Shown here: one piece after another, positions 8,821-18,812 of the stretch
Layout of the letters: every line of letters starts with the position of its first letter
How positions within the stretch are numbered: the stretch's first letter is position 1
From: a bacterium
GTDB taxonomy: Bacteria; Patescibacteriota; Saccharimonadia; Saccharimonadales; DATKHC01
Assembly: GCA_021781215.1 (NCBI GenBank)
Contig: JAJXXC010000007.1
Span: 1 to 52,387, forward strand
Reading direction: 5' to 3'
DNA length: 52,387 nt
Made by a program: the position numbers and the translations under genes
Notes under the pieces: generated by a model
The model's input: only the letters and a program-made list of their open reading frames with translations
What the model was told of the DNA's origin: nothing
The model's database searches: none

Positions 8821-10242
8821 ATACTCAATCAATTGGTTAATTCGACCCAAGGTTTTTTCTTTGCCCAGAAGACTAATGGTTTCAGCCAGTGGTGGTGATG
8901 CAGGCGCTTGAGTAGTTGCGATTCTGATTAAACTAAATAAAACTTTTGGTTGTTGGTTAGTTTTTTCTAGTAGTCGGTTCAGGCAATCTACTAAATTTTT
9001 TAGCTGAAAATCATTACTTTCTAACTCTGCTACTGACGCGATTAATAATTCCTTCAGGTCGGACTTAGAAATTTTAGACAAAACTTTGTTTTCATCAATA
9101 AGTTTAATGTTAATCGGTAGATCTTCGAAAAAGAAGTTGGTTAGCACAGGTATCTCAGCAAGATATTTGAGCCGTTCTTTTATAAGGCCTAAGACTGACT
9201 GGACGTATGTATCGTCAAAATTCTTAGACGAGTCGGGTAGATAATTAGTAGACAGCTTAAACAGCTCTAAATCATTTAATTTTCTTATATAGTGACCGTT
9301 TAGCCACAATAATTTATCTTCGTTAAAATGAGCACCACTTTTTTGAACTCGGCTTAAGTCAAATTTTTCAATCAGTTGTTCGGTGCTATAAATCTCGTCT
9401 GTAGTGCCGTCATTCCATCCCAGGCTGACAATCATATTAATCATCGCTTCAGGCAAAATACCCATTCTTTGATAATCCAAAACCTGTTTTGCGCCTTCTC
9501 TTTTACTCAGTTTACGGTCATTATCTTGATTTAATACCGGTGGTGGGGTTGCAAAAATTGGTAACGGAATTTTAAGAGCTTCATATAAATTTAAGAATTT
9601 AGGAACGCTTGGAATAAATTCCTGAGATCTAATAAGATGGGTTATTTCCATCAAGTGATCATCAATAATATGACAAAAATTATAGGTTGGATACCCATCA
9701 GATTTAATAATTATAAAATCATCAACTGACTCAGGCCCAGCACTTAATTTACCCAGAACAAGATCATTCCATTGATAGGTCTTGGGGTCGGATTTAAATC
9801 TTAGCGGTTGGCTACCATCCCATTTTGGTGGATTATCTGGCCGATGGTTTCTAAATAAGAATGGTTTTTTCTGTTGTTTGGCTTGGTCGCGAAGCTGGTC
9901 TAGTTGATCCTTGGTATAGGGATCGGCATAGGCTCTACCATTTTCAATCAGTTTATTCGCCCACTGGTGATATATCGGTAGTCTTTGGCTTTGAATATAT
10001 GGTCCGTATGGTCCAGCAATATCTGGTCCTTCAGACCAGTCTAGACCCAAGTACTTTAAGCTAGCGATAATATTATCTACTGCGCCCTCTACATTACGAA
10101 CTTGATCCGTATCTTCAATTCTAAGAATAAACTGGCCTTTGTCATGTTTTGCGACCAACCAAGCGAAAAGCGCGGTTCGAATAGCTCCTGCATGTAAGGC
10201 TCCGGTTGGGCTTGGAGCGAATCTAGTTCTAGTGGGTCTCAT
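8803..10242 (-). CDS. gltX: glutamate--tRNA ligase
   Basis: 479 aa. RTRFAPSPTGALHAG (HIGH region) and KLSKR (KMSKS-type) motifs. Confidence 0.9.
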   Translation of the reverse strand: MRPTRTRFAPSPTGALHAGAIRTALFAWLVAKHDKGQFILRIEDTDQVRNVEGAVDNIIASLKYLGLDWSEGPDIAGPYGPYIQSQRLPIYHQWANKLIENGRAYADPYTKDQLDQLRDQAKQQKKPFLFRNHRPDNPPKWDGSQPLRFKSDPKTYQWNDLVLGKLSAGPESVDDFIIIKSDGYPTYNFCHIIDDHLMEITHLIRSQEFIPSVPKFLNLYEALKIPLPIFATPPPVLNQDNDRKLSKREGAKQVLDYQRMGILPEAMINMIVSLGWNDGTTDEIYSTEQLIEKFDLSRVQKSGAHFNEDKLLWLNGHYIRKLNDLELFKLSTNYLPDSSKNFDDTYVQSVLGLIKERLKYLAEIPVLTNFFFEDLPINIKLIDENKVLSKISKSDLKELLIASVAELESNDFQLKNLVDCLNRLLEKTNQQPKVLFSLIRIATTQAPASPPLAETISLLGKEKTLGRINQLIEYLVKSN

Positions 10243-10271
10243 CAGATATATTATAAAGTTTAACTCGGTAA

Positions 10272-11384
10272 TTACATAGAGCTAATTATTTTGGCGATTA
10301 TTGGTTGGCTTAATCCCGTTTGGTCAGTGAGCACGTAAATCATTCCGGCGTTAATCCAAACGTACTGACCTGAAAAATAATAAACACTAGTGCCGTTAGC
10401 CAGAAAAGTTTGGTAATTACTCTGAACAGTTGGAGTAATGTTGGTTGCAATTAAACCAGCATCATCAAGAGTAGTGTTGGCCTCTTGTATATATAGATAA
10501 GTGTTTAAATCACTATGAGCTGGATGATATTCAAAACTGATGGATTTGGTTTGTCCATTATCTACGTAGTTAAATTTATTCATTTTGTATCCAAGGGGTA
10601 CATATTTTGGGAAGCTACCATTGATACCGGTTTTGAAATTAGCATAGCTAAGTTCTAGGTCGTACTTAAAGTAATTGCCCGTAAGACCAACAATGACAAT
10701 AATTAATAAGGCAATGATTGAGAAATATATGATTTTTGGATTTAAACGGAATCTTTTAGTTTCCCCTTTTTTAGTAGGAATAGGAACAGACTTTGGATTC
10801 GATATTTGTTCAGCAGCGGATTGATATAACTTGTAATCCTCGCCCGACTCTAGCTTATTAATATTTCGTTCATGAATTGACGTGGAAATTGGCGGCTCAA
10901 TAGATAGATTACTAACGGCTCTAGACGCTTTGTTTTTTAGGATCTGTGCCCCAGAAGTCAGTGAACCTCTAAATGAGCTGGAATCTGTCGTTGGATTAAC
11001 CAAAGGGTTGCTGCGGCTAACATAGTTAGATTTTTTAATATTTTGGATTGAAGACCTAGCTGATAAATCAGGTTTTTTTAAGGGTCTTCGCATCAAGGTT
11101 TTGGATCTAAGGAGTTCTCGCTTAATATCTGCAGCTTTGGTGTGATTTGGTTTTTTAATTTGCTGTCCACCCGGCTTTTTAGGAATTAATTGGGATTGTC
11201 GATTGGCGGCTACCGCAAAATCATTTATAAAATGGGGCTTTTTAGCTTGAACTTTTTGGATTAATTGTTCAGTTTTAGCTGGGACTTGAGCAAGAATCTC
11301 TTGTACGCCTTTAGATAGAGGCTTACCTGTTAGGGCATCATATTGCTTGCCGTTGAGAGTAATAATCTTTGATTTTCGCACCAT
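10272..11384 (-). CDS. hypothetical single-pass membrane protein
   Basis: 370 aa. Basic, low-complexity N-terminal half, one TM (IIYFSIIALLIIVIVGLTG), and an extracytoplasmic C-terminal domain. Confidence 0.55.
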   Translation of the reverse strand: MVRKSKIITLNGKQYDALTGKPLSKGVQEILAQVPAKTEQLIQKVQAKKPHFINDFAVAANRQSQLIPKKPGGQQIKKPNHTKAADIKRELLRSKTLMRRPLKKPDLSARSSIQNIKKSNYVSRSNPLVNPTTDSSSFRGSLTSGAQILKNKASRAVSNLSIEPPISTSIHERNINKLESGEDYKLYQSAAEQISNPKSVPIPTKKGETKRFRLNPKIIYFSIIALLIIVIVGLTGNYFKYDLELSYANFKTGINGSFPKYVPLGYKMNKFNYVDNGQTKSISFEYHPAHSDLNTYLYIQEANTTLDDAGLIATNITPTVQSNYQTFLANGTSVYYFSGQYVWINAGMIYVLTDQTGLSQPIIAKIISSM

Positions 11385-11526
11385 TAACCTGATTCTAATA
11401 AGTTTCTATTTATTTCTCTAGTTTAGTAGTTATGGTTACTTATATCAATACGAGACTGAACAAAGCGAAAATTATAAAATGGAATTAAGCCACGGCTAGT
11501 TTATAATAATAGCTAGTAATATTAAT

Positions 11527-12999
11527 ATGGATTTTTTAGACCCTAGCAATAAACGATCTTACAACACCAGGCTTTTCATTGGCTTTTTTTTGAGCGCTTT
11601 AGTGATTATCTTAGGAACCTTAATCCTATCTCTTATCACCGCCGGCTACACTATTAACACCAAGACCGGTCAAGTTATTCAGAATGGTTTAATTTTTCTT
11701 AATTCATCACCAGCCTCAGCGACCGTCTATATTAACCATCAAGTCAGTGGAACTACTAACACTAGGCTTGAGCTTGGAGCCGCCAATTACAATATTAGTT
11801 TATACGCTCCGGGATATAACACCTGGACAACAAACGTGTCACTCTTAGGCGGTAATGTAGAAGATTTAACCTATCCGCTGTTGGTACCGATTAAGCCAGT
11901 GATATCATCAATCGCTGAGTATCCAACTAAACCTGCGGTATTTTCTCAAACCCCAAGCAAGCATTGGTTACTGGTATCAGACCCAACTCTTGCAAATAGT
12001 TTTAAAGTCTATGACCAAACTAATACTAAGACTGCAGTTACAACTACTACTATTCCATCTGGTCTGCTCGTTAGTACGGCCGGACCAAATGTTTTTTCAG
12101 TTGTTCAATGGGCATCGGATAATCAGCACGTATTACTTCAAGATGAATATAATGGGGCTATCAATTTCATAGTTTTCAATTATCTAACGCCAACAGACAG
12201 CTATAATTTAAATCAAACTTTCTCGGTTAGTTTTACCAGCGCTAAGTTGCTTAATTCGCAATACAATACACCCCTGTTGTTTAATGAGCCATCGGGCGAT
12301 CTATACCGAGGGGATCAGAGCACTAAACAAACAACGTTGATTTTAACCAAAGTTATTAACTATGCCTATTACGGTACTAATAAATTTATTTATGCAACTA
12401 ACGATAGCGCGAGTGGTACTTTAAGCTCGATTATGTTTAGCAATCTTAGCGATAAACCCTATCTAGTTAAGAATGTTGCAAAGACCAGTAAGTACATGTT
12501 AAATATCTCGTCTTATGGTGGAAACTATTATTATCTAATTGGCGGCGGCGGAATATATGATTATATTTATCAAAATCTAGCTAATAACGCTCAGGGTAAT
12601 CGCCGACTTCCAATACCCTATACCCTGATGGTTAATAATGTCCAGCCACAAAATGTACTAAATTCGGCGGGACAAAGATATATTTCTCTGCAGTCAGGTA
12701 ATAATTTTTCAGTTTATGATATTCAGACCCAAGAGCATTATCGATACGTGCTGGGAGTCAATCTTAATACTCCAAATTTTGCATCATGGATGGACGATAA
12801 TCGATTTATCTCATTTAGTGGTGGCAAAATGATAATATTCGACTTCGATGGAACTAATATATCCAATATTGCTACTGCCAATAATTCATTCGATGGTTTA
12901 TTTACTCCAGGTTATACTGCGGTCTATTATTTGAACTATGATTTGACTAATAATAGCTGGGTTGTTGATAGAGCTGGCATGATAGCTGGCCAGCCTTAA
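11527..12999 (+). CDS. PEGA-domain membrane-anchored protein with a beta-rich C-terminal region
   Basis: 490 aa. N-terminal TM, then ASATVYINHQVSG...NISLYAPGYNTWTTNVSL, which resembles a PEGA domain. Confidence 0.5.
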   Translation: MDFLDPSNKRSYNTRLFIGFFLSALVIILGTLILSLITAGYTINTKTGQVIQNGLIFLNSSPASATVYINHQVSGTTNTRLELGAANYNISLYAPGYNTWTTNVSLLGGNVEDLTYPLLVPIKPVISSIAEYPTKPAVFSQTPSKHWLLVSDPTLANSFKVYDQTNTKTAVTTTTIPSGLLVSTAGPNVFSVVQWASDNQHVLLQDEYNGAINFIVFNYLTPTDSYNLNQTFSVSFTSAKLLNSQYNTPLLFNEPSGDLYRGDQSTKQTTLILTKVINYAYYGTNKFIYATNDSASGTLSSIMFSNLSDKPYLVKNVAKTSKYMLNISSYGGNYYYLIGGGGIYDYIYQNLANNAQGNRRLPIPYTLMVNNVQPQNVLNSAGQRYISLQSGNNFSVYDIQTQEHYRYVLGVNLNTPNFASWMDDNRFISFSGGKMIIFDFDGTNISNIATANNSFDGLFTPGYTAVYYLNYDLTNNSWVVDRAGMIAGQP

Positions 13000-14156
13000 A
13001 AGAAACTAGTTATTCTACTCCATAGGGACGGAGATTCGCTTGGCAGAGTTTGGGGTAGATTACTAATACTAATTGGTGAGCTGGGGGTATTGTTGCTTGC
13101 GCTTGGGTTAATTTGGTCGGCTTGAATAATTAGCCTATTGGTACTAAGTCCAGGTGGGTCACAAGTTATAAGAGTAAAAGTTGCTAGATGTCCAGCAATT
13201 GGCTCAATCACCGACACGTCAGTCGGTGGTACCACAAATTTATTGAAGATCTGGTAAGTATAGGATTTACTTTGATAATTAATACTAAAAGTATCACCAA
13301 CCTGTAGATAATGCAGTAGTGAAAAGGCAAATTTATATAATCCTGGGTTAAAAATATTTCCAGCCGAATGACCAAAAATTACTCCGTTACCATCCTGGCC
13401 CGGATAGGCGGTAGTTGCGTAGTGGACGACACCGTGCTCGAGCCCAACTTCAATTGCTGCATCATTGATAGTTGGCACGGTATAAACTACCGGAATCTCG
13501 ACATTAATTTTAGGAATGATAATGACTGGGTCGGGGCTAACATTGACATTGCCATTGTTGACGATGATTGACTGAACGCTTAGGTTTTTAGATGGTGTAA
13601 TAAATGGCGCAATAAATTGTTCATTAAAGAACCCAAACAAAACAATGACTATAGACAGAATGCCAATACTTGAACCAAAGACTAAAGATCTAATCAGGTG
13701 ACTTTTCTTAGTTAATGGTTTTTTGGGACGCTTATACTTCTTAAATCTTTGCGGGCCATCCTCAGATCTAATTAATGTTTTAAATTGAGCCGGATAGTCG
13801 ATTTTATGGCCATCAATAGTATTGGTTTCATAAAATTCCTTCCAGACTTCCCTTTTTTGAGTATCATTTAAACCAAGATAATAATTGTGCCATTCGGTTT
13901 GAATTTCGGAGACTAATTTTCCTGAATTAAGCAGTCTATCCCTATAGACCTGGTGAGTTGAAAGAGCTTTTTTGGGTGCTATAGTTACAGGCCCAGGATG
14001 GTCTAATATCGACTTGGGCTTATATGGCTGTTCTACTGGAGCGGTTTTTATTGGTTCAGTTTTGGCATACAGCCGGTCTAATTTTTGTCGGATTAGATCA
14101 ATCGCTGCTGCATCTTGGTCACCGGTTGAATTATTGCCTGAGTTATCATTATTCAT
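12996..14156 (-). CDS. sortase-family transpeptidase with a long N-terminal cytoplasmic extension
   Basis: 386 aa. One TM, catalytic His in VIFGHSAGN, TLITCDPPG Cys motif, and NRLIIQA Arg. Confidence 0.8.
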   Translation of the reverse strand: MNNDNSGNNSTGDQDAAAIDLIRQKLDRLYAKTEPIKTAPVEQPYKPKSILDHPGPVTIAPKKALSTHQVYRDRLLNSGKLVSEIQTEWHNYYLGLNDTQKREVWKEFYETNTIDGHKIDYPAQFKTLIRSEDGPQRFKKYKRPKKPLTKKSHLIRSLVFGSSIGILSIVIVLFGFFNEQFIAPFITPSKNLSVQSIIVNNGNVNVSPDPVIIIPKINVEIPVVYTVPTINDAAIEVGLEHGVVHYATTAYPGQDGNGVIFGHSAGNIFNPGLYKFAFSLLHYLQVGDTFSINYQSKSYTYQIFNKFVVPPTDVSVIEPIAGHLATFTLITCDPPGLSTNRLIIQADQINPSASNNTPSSPISISNLPQTLPSESPSLWSRITSFF

Positions 14157-14245
14157 ATCTTTTTCAGAGTAGATTTAACAGATATAATTATAGTACAATA
14201 TAAGTTGTCTACCTACCTTTTGAGTATTTATATAGGTTAACATCT

Positions 14246-14332
14246 GCCGCGGTGGCGGAATTGGTAGACGCGCGGGACTCAAAATCCCGTAAAGGCAACT
14301 TTGTGAGAGTTCGATTCTCTCCCGCGGCACCA
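14246..14332 (+). tRNA. tRNA-Leu (anticodon CAA)
   Basis: The cloverleaf folds by hand: acceptor GCCGCGG/CCGCGGC, anticodon arm CGGGA-CTCAAAA-TCCCG, long variable arm, GTTCGATTC T-loop, encoded CCA. Confidence 0.9.
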
Positions 14333-14364
14333 TTTTTGATTTAGATTTAAGCAGTAAGTTTGGT

Positions 14365-15048
14365 TTATATATCTAATACTTTTCGAATCTCTAACTGGAT
14401 ATCGTTTATTGTTCTCATCTGACCATTCCGGTCAACACATTGTATTGGAATAAACTCCTCAGGATATAATCTACACAGTTCCTCATAGTTAGACTTAGCC
14501 CTATCAAGATGTGATGAATTAGCTTCGTGTATATCTCGAGTTAATGTAGTATAGCCTCTCGTACCTTTTTTATCTACATTTGATTGGGCTATATTTATAG
14601 GAAGTAACAGGACTATATTTTTACCTGGTCTCGGTATGCCTAATATTTCATATTCGGCACGCATTGTTCTTTCATAAAATTCATGTCTTGCTTTTTGATC
14701 TGCAATTTTTGTACCCTGATGGGCAAGATTCGATGCTACGTATCTATCGGTAATAACTACACTGCTTGGAAGTAGTAGCTGTGCCTCTATAATCGGTTTT
14801 GCAGCAAATCTATCAATTGCAAATGGCAGTGCACCAAGATCTGCGGGTACATCATCGGCTGAGCCGTATTCTCCGTTAAGATATTTTTCAATATAAATAG
14901 CTGAAGGCTTACCATATTGAGGAAAACTTAATTTTAATACTGATCTTCCTCGTTCATTTACTAAAAATTTATACAATAGTTCAGTATGAGTAGCTTTTCC
15001 AGAACCATCTACTCCTTCAATCGCAATAAAATTTTCAGTCTCTGACAT
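14365..15048 (-). CDS. tmk: dTMP (thymidylate) kinase
   Basis: P-loop FIAIEGVDGSGKATH. Start placed at the ATG preceded by AGGAG. The track ORF extends 8 codons further, to 15072. Confidence 0.8.
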   Translation of the reverse strand: MSETENFIAIEGVDGSGKATHTELLYKFLVNERGRSVLKLSFPQYGKPSAIYIEKYLNGEYGSADDVPADLGALPFAIDRFAAKPIIEAQLLLPSSVVITDRYVASNLAHQGTKIADQKARHEFYERTMRAEYEILGIPRPGKNIVLLLPINIAQSNVDKKGTRGYTTLTRDIHEANSSHLDRAKSNYEELCRLYPEEFIPIQCVDRNGQMRTINDIQLEIRKVLDI

Positions 15049-15127
15049 ACGTCTCCTAAATATACTGACCATCCCTACAGACTAAATTTTATCACTTTTT
15101 GAATAAAATTTAGTTCTAGATATAATT

Positions 15128-15919
15128 CTATTGAAAACTTATAGCCGCACAGCTCATAGCATCAAATTGGTTATTTGGATTTTGTATTACCCAAACTGCA
15201 ATGTGATAGGTCAGTGGATTAATTTTCTGGTGCTCTGCCGACTCGATTTTAGTAGTTGCTACCTTACCGCCCTTGGCTATTAGTACGTAACCTTGATGAA
15301 TCGTGGCAATGGCCAATTTATTTATGGCAGTAAAGCCTTGGAGCACTTCAACCAAATTCTTTAAAGCAATTCCTGAAGTAATTGCCTGATCAGATTTTAG
15401 TTTTGTTAATAATTTTTGAATCTTATCTAGAGATCCAACAAATACTATGTTGTCTCGATTGATAAAATCAGCATCAAAATGTAGTACCGTATCAATGTTC
15501 TCATCAGCAACTATAATTGGCTTATTGATGCTCGAGACTAATTTTTCTATAACTATCAAAGTCTCTGAGTTATTACTAAGCTCGCCAGGAAAAAATACCC
15601 CATCGTTTAAGTTTGCGAATTCAAGCATATCCGCGAATGAATCAGAGCTAAAACTACCACTATCGGTATTGGGGCAATAGATCACATCCTCGGATATATG
15701 ACCTAGTAATTTTTGGACAGATTTTGGTAGCAGAATAGTTACCTGACCGATGCCGGCAGATTGAAGCCGTTCATAACTACTAACGGTTTTAGAAAAGCCA
15801 TGAAAGCTACCACCAATAACTAAGACTCGCCCAGAATGTTGTTTATTTTCTGGTCTACTCCAAAGTAGTCGATCATATAGTGGAGTATCAATAGTCTGTT
15901 TTAGCCAGTTATCATTCAT
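15128..15919 (-). CDS. YjeF C-terminal-like (NAD(P)HX dehydratase / carbohydrate kinase fold) protein, divergent
   Basis: 263 aa. GRVLVIGGS... start and overall colinearity with the YjeF_C family. The C-terminal GxGD motif is not visible. Confidence 0.5.
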   Translation of the reverse strand: MNDNWLKQTIDTPLYDRLLWSRPENKQHSGRVLVIGGSFHGFSKTVSSYERLQSAGIGQVTILLPKSVQKLLGHISEDVIYCPNTDSGSFSSDSFADMLEFANLNDGVFFPGELSNNSETLIVIEKLVSSINKPIIVADENIDTVLHFDADFINRDNIVFVGSLDKIQKLLTKLKSDQAITSGIALKNLVEVLQGFTAINKLAIATIHQGYVLIAKGGKVATTKIESAEHQKINPLTYHIAVWVIQNPNNQFDAMSCAAISFQ

Positions 15920-16719
15920 AGGTCCACCGTTATACTGACTGGGCAGTGATCGGAGCCAATAATGTCCGGGTGAATATCAGCGGCTAAAACTTTAGATTTT
16001 AAGACTTTTGAAATTAGGAAATAATCGATTCTCCAACCAACATTGCGAGCCCTCGAGTTTGCCCAATAACTCCACCAACTGTAATAGCCATTTCCTTGTT
16101 TGAATAATCTAAAGCTGTCGATATACCCTGCACTTAGGAAGTTATCAAAACCTTGTCGCTCCTCTTTAGTAAAGCCTTTTTTACCTTCATTAGGTTTAGG
16201 GTTTGCCAGATCATCCTCAGTATGGGCAACATTGAGATCACCACAAAAGATAACTGGTTTTATTTTCTCAAGACTCAGGCAATGCGCGAGAAAGGCTTTA
16301 TCCCAATGGTTGTATCTCAAATCTAGTCTACTTAAATCATCCTTAGCATTTGGAGTGTAGACAGTAACTAAGAAAAATTTATCGAACTCAGCAGATATCA
16401 CCCTGCCCTCGTCATTTGAATCTCGATCAGCTAAATCAGTTAATTGAAATTGTTTATTAATTTGATCACTAAAATCATAGCTAACAGATATTGGCTTAAT
16501 TTTGGTAAATATTGCGGTTCCAGAGTAGCCTTTTTTAGTAGCTGAATTCCAAAATTCCTCATAACCCGGCAGAGCCAAATCGGTTTGATCCCTGTTGGCT
16601 TTAGTCTCTTGAAAGCAAATAATATCTGGCTGTTCCCTATCAATAAATGGTAGTAGCAGATTTTTGCTCCATACCGCCCTAATGCCATTCACATTCCAGG
16701 AATAAATCTTTAAACTCAT
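15916..16719 (-). CDS. xth: exodeoxyribonuclease III
   Basis: 267 aa. IYSWNVNGIRA, ICFQETK, CGDLNVAH and GSDHCPV motifs. ATGA overlap with the downstream gene. Confidence 0.9.
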   Translation of the reverse strand: MSLKIYSWNVNGIRAVWSKNLLLPFIDREQPDIICFQETKANRDQTDLALPGYEEFWNSATKKGYSGTAIFTKIKPISVSYDFSDQINKQFQLTDLADRDSNDEGRVISAEFDKFFLVTVYTPNAKDDLSRLDLRYNHWDKAFLAHCLSLEKIKPVIFCGDLNVAHTEDDLANPKPNEGKKGFTKEERQGFDNFLSAGYIDSFRLFKQGNGYYSWWSYWANSRARNVGWRIDYFLISKVLKSKVLAADIHPDIIGSDHCPVSITVDL

Positions 16720-16830
16720 AATCTACTAGAATTATCTCACACTAGTCTAAAAAGAGGATATAACACTTATTTTGTGTAAAATAGTGATTAATACGATTTA
16801 ATAAAATAGCCGTGTATAATGGGAGGAAAA

Positions 16831-17775
16831 ATGAAAGAAAAAATATTATCTAAACGTCCGGTAACCTTTACACGTGCAATATTACTGGTTGCCGTATTAG
16901 TAGGAATATATTATTTTCTACCTCAATTAAAAGCCTTTAGCCATACCTTTGCAGTTCTAGAGCACTCTTCTTGGCTCTGGTTATTTGTTGGATTAGTCGT
17001 CGCTGCATTATCTTTTTTAGCAGCAGCCTTTACTCAATATGCCGCCGGCAATTACACTGGTAAGTTATCGGATATTGTTTTGCTCCAATTTGCCGGATCA
17101 TTTGTAAACCACTTCCTGCCTTTTAATATTGGGGGGGTTAATTTAACTACTCGCTATTATAATAAACATGGTAAGTCGCATGCACAGGCGATGGTGATGT
17201 CGACTATCCCGGTAGTTTTTGGGATCATTACTACGGTTCTGATGGTAGCAATTATTTCACCAATTACCCTAGTAGATTATTTTAACCAAGTACATTCAAT
17301 TCATCTTAGCGGCTGGTTATTAGTGTTAACTATAATTGCTCTAATTATCTTAGTTATTGTGGGCTTTATTTATCGTGGCAAAGTAAGGATCTTTATATTA
17401 GAGGCGCTAGAGGGCCTTAAGAGTATTCATGGTCTTAAACAACTAACGTCATTATTAATCGGTTCGTTGGCTATTACTTTAACTTCAACAGTTATATTGT
17501 TTGCATCAATGAAAGCAATTCATACTACAGCGCCCTTAGTGGCTATTTTTGCATTATATGTGACTTCCTCACTAATAAGTAACATCGCTCCTACGCCAGG
17601 TGGCATTGGTGCCATTGAAGCAGTACTGGTTATTGGTTTAGTGGCTATGAACCTTAGCCTATCTCAAGCAGCTGCAATTACAATAACTTATCGGTTTCTG
17701 ACCTTCTGGTTACCTATTCTTCCAGGTGGCCTAGCGCTGCATAGAGTTAATAAATATAAAATAGCCGGCGCTTAG
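16831..17775 (+). CDS. UPF0104 / lysyl-phosphatidylglycerol-synthase-TM-like (flippase-like) membrane protein
   Basis: Polytopic, with an [16 protein letters not shown] motif. Start moved to the ATG after GGGAGG. The track ORF starts at 16819, inside a TATAAT box. Confidence 0.65.
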   Translation: MKEKILSKRPVTFTRAILLVAVLVGIYYFLPQLKAFSHTFAVLEHSSWLWLFVGLVVAALSFLAAAFTQYAAGNYTGKLSDIVLLQFAGSFVNHFLPFNIGGVNLTTRYYNKHGKSHAQAMVMSTIPVVFGIITTVLMVAIISPITLVDYFNQVHSIHLSGWLLVLTIIALIILVIVGFIYRGKVRIFILEALEGLKSIHGLKQLTSLLIGSLAITLTSTVILFASMKAIHTTAPLVAIFALYVTSSLISNIAPTPGGIGAIEAVLVIGLVAMNLSLSQAAAITITYRFLTFWLPILPGGLALHRVNKYKIAGA

Positions 17776-17784
17776 CAATTATAC

Positions 17785-17874
17785 TGGCGGAAGAGGCGGG
17801 ATTCGAACCCGCGATACAGTTGCCCGTATACACGCTTTCCAAGCGTGCTCCTTAAACCACTCGGACACCCTTCC
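17785..17874 (-). tRNA. tRNA-Ser (anticodon GGA)
   Basis: The reverse complement folds as GGAAGGG...CACGC-TTGGAAA-GCGTG, with a long variable arm, GCGGG-TTCGAAT-CCCGC T-arm, and encoded CCA. Confidence 0.9.
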
Positions 17875-17966
17875 CTGATTTTTAATGCTGTGCAATAATT
17901 AGTATACTTAATTTTCGGTCTATACAGAACATAGATTAAAAGTTAGAATAAGTTAGTTGAAAATAT

Positions 17967-18041
17967 TCCGGAGTAGCTCAATGGTGGAGCAAGAAGCTGT
18001 TAACTTCGAGGTTGTCGGTTCGAATCCGACCTCCGGAGCCA
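17967..18041 (+). tRNA. tRNA-Asn (anticodon GTT)
   Basis: TCCGGAG acceptor, anticodon loop CTGTTAA, GTCGG-TTCGAAT-CCGAC T-arm, encoded CCA. Confidence 0.9.
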
Positions 18042-18110
18042 AGTACTACATCAAAGGCGACCTGAACGCCTAAATAACAGAGTTAATTTGAAGCTAAAAA
18101 AAATTTCATG

Positions 18111-18138
18111 AAACTGTCAAATAAGTAGACAGTTTTTT
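18111..18138 (+). terminator. Rho-independent terminator downstream of tRNA-Asn
   Basis: AAACTGTC (18111-18118) pairs with GACAGTTT (18128-18135), and the T-run continues to 18138. Confidence 0.6.
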
Positions 18139-18165
18139 GATTTCATAAGTACCCAAGGAGTTACT

Positions 18166-18183
18166 GGGTTCGAGTCCGACCAG
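18166..18183 (+). other. tRNA 3'-half remnant (att-like partial repeat of the tRNA-Asn T-arm)
   Basis: GGTTCGAGTCCGACC matches tRNA-Asn GGTTCGAATCCGACC (18017-18031) at 14 of 15 positions. No 5' half or acceptor stem is present. Confidence 0.5.
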
Positions 18184-18243
18184 ATTCCTAGACCGAAAAA
18201 CCGATTTAACAGTGGTGAATTCCCAAGAAATTCTGCTGTTTTG

Positions 18244-18252
18244 TGCTATAAT
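18244..18252 (+). promoter_or_regulatory. Extended -10 box TGcTATAAT, 6 nt before the fic ATG (leaderless)
   Basis: TGCTATAAT at 18244-18252, ATG at 18259, no SD. Confidence 0.5.
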
Positions 18253-18258
18253 ATAGAT

Positions 18259-18810
18259 ATGAAAAACATTGATGAAATAAGCAAACAGCGAGCTATAAAA
18301 CTTTTTGGTAGCCCAGACTTATCGTCATTCGAGGTTGGTACAACAAAGGGCTTGCAGCAAATTCATGAATATCTTTTTGGTGGTCTCTATGACTTTTCTG
18401 GAAAAATCCGCTCCAAAAACATTAGCAAAGGTGGGTTCACTTTTGCATCTGCCATTTATTTGAAAAGTGGTCTATCTGAAATAGAAAAAATGCCCGAGAG
18501 AACTTTTGAAGATATCGTTAAAAAGTATGTCGAGATGAACATTGCACACCCATTCATGGAAGGCAATGGTCGCAGTACCCGCATTTGGCTGGATTTAATG
18601 CTAAAGAGAAATATAAAACAATGCGTGGATTGGCGAAAGATTGACAAGAATGACTATTTTAATGCTATGGAGCGCAGCCCAGTAAACGATCTTGAATTAC
18701 GCGAACTCATTCGCACCGCATTAACTAATAAGATAGATGATCGGGAAGTATTCATGAAAGGTATAGAACAATCGTATTATTATGAAGAACCAGACGATTA
18801 TAAGGGATAG
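18259..18810 (+). CDS. fic: Fic-domain protein, class-III-like (NmFic-type AMP-transferase)
   Basis: 183 aa from ATG 18259. HPFMEGNGR Fic motif at 18547-18573. C-terminal [11 protein letters not shown] helix resembles the in-cis inhibitory helix. Confidence 0.85.
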   Translation: MKNIDEISKQRAIKLFGSPDLSSFEVGTTKGLQQIHEYLFGGLYDFSGKIRSKNISKGGFTFASAIYLKSGLSEIEKMPERTFEDIVKKYVEMNIAHPFMEGNGRSTRIWLDLMLKRNIKQCVDWRKIDKNDYFNAMERSPVNDLELRELIRTALTNKIDDREVFMKGIEQSYYYEEPDDYKG

Positions 18811-18812
18811 TG

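Noticed and set aside
17131-17137. G7 homopolymer inside the UPF0104 gene as a possible phase-variation tract (also T8 at 11584-11591 and C6 runs at 4633-4638 and 7315-7320).
   Set aside because: The tracts are at or below the usual length for slipped-strand switching. The gene is intact and in frame, and there is no population evidence in a single sequence.
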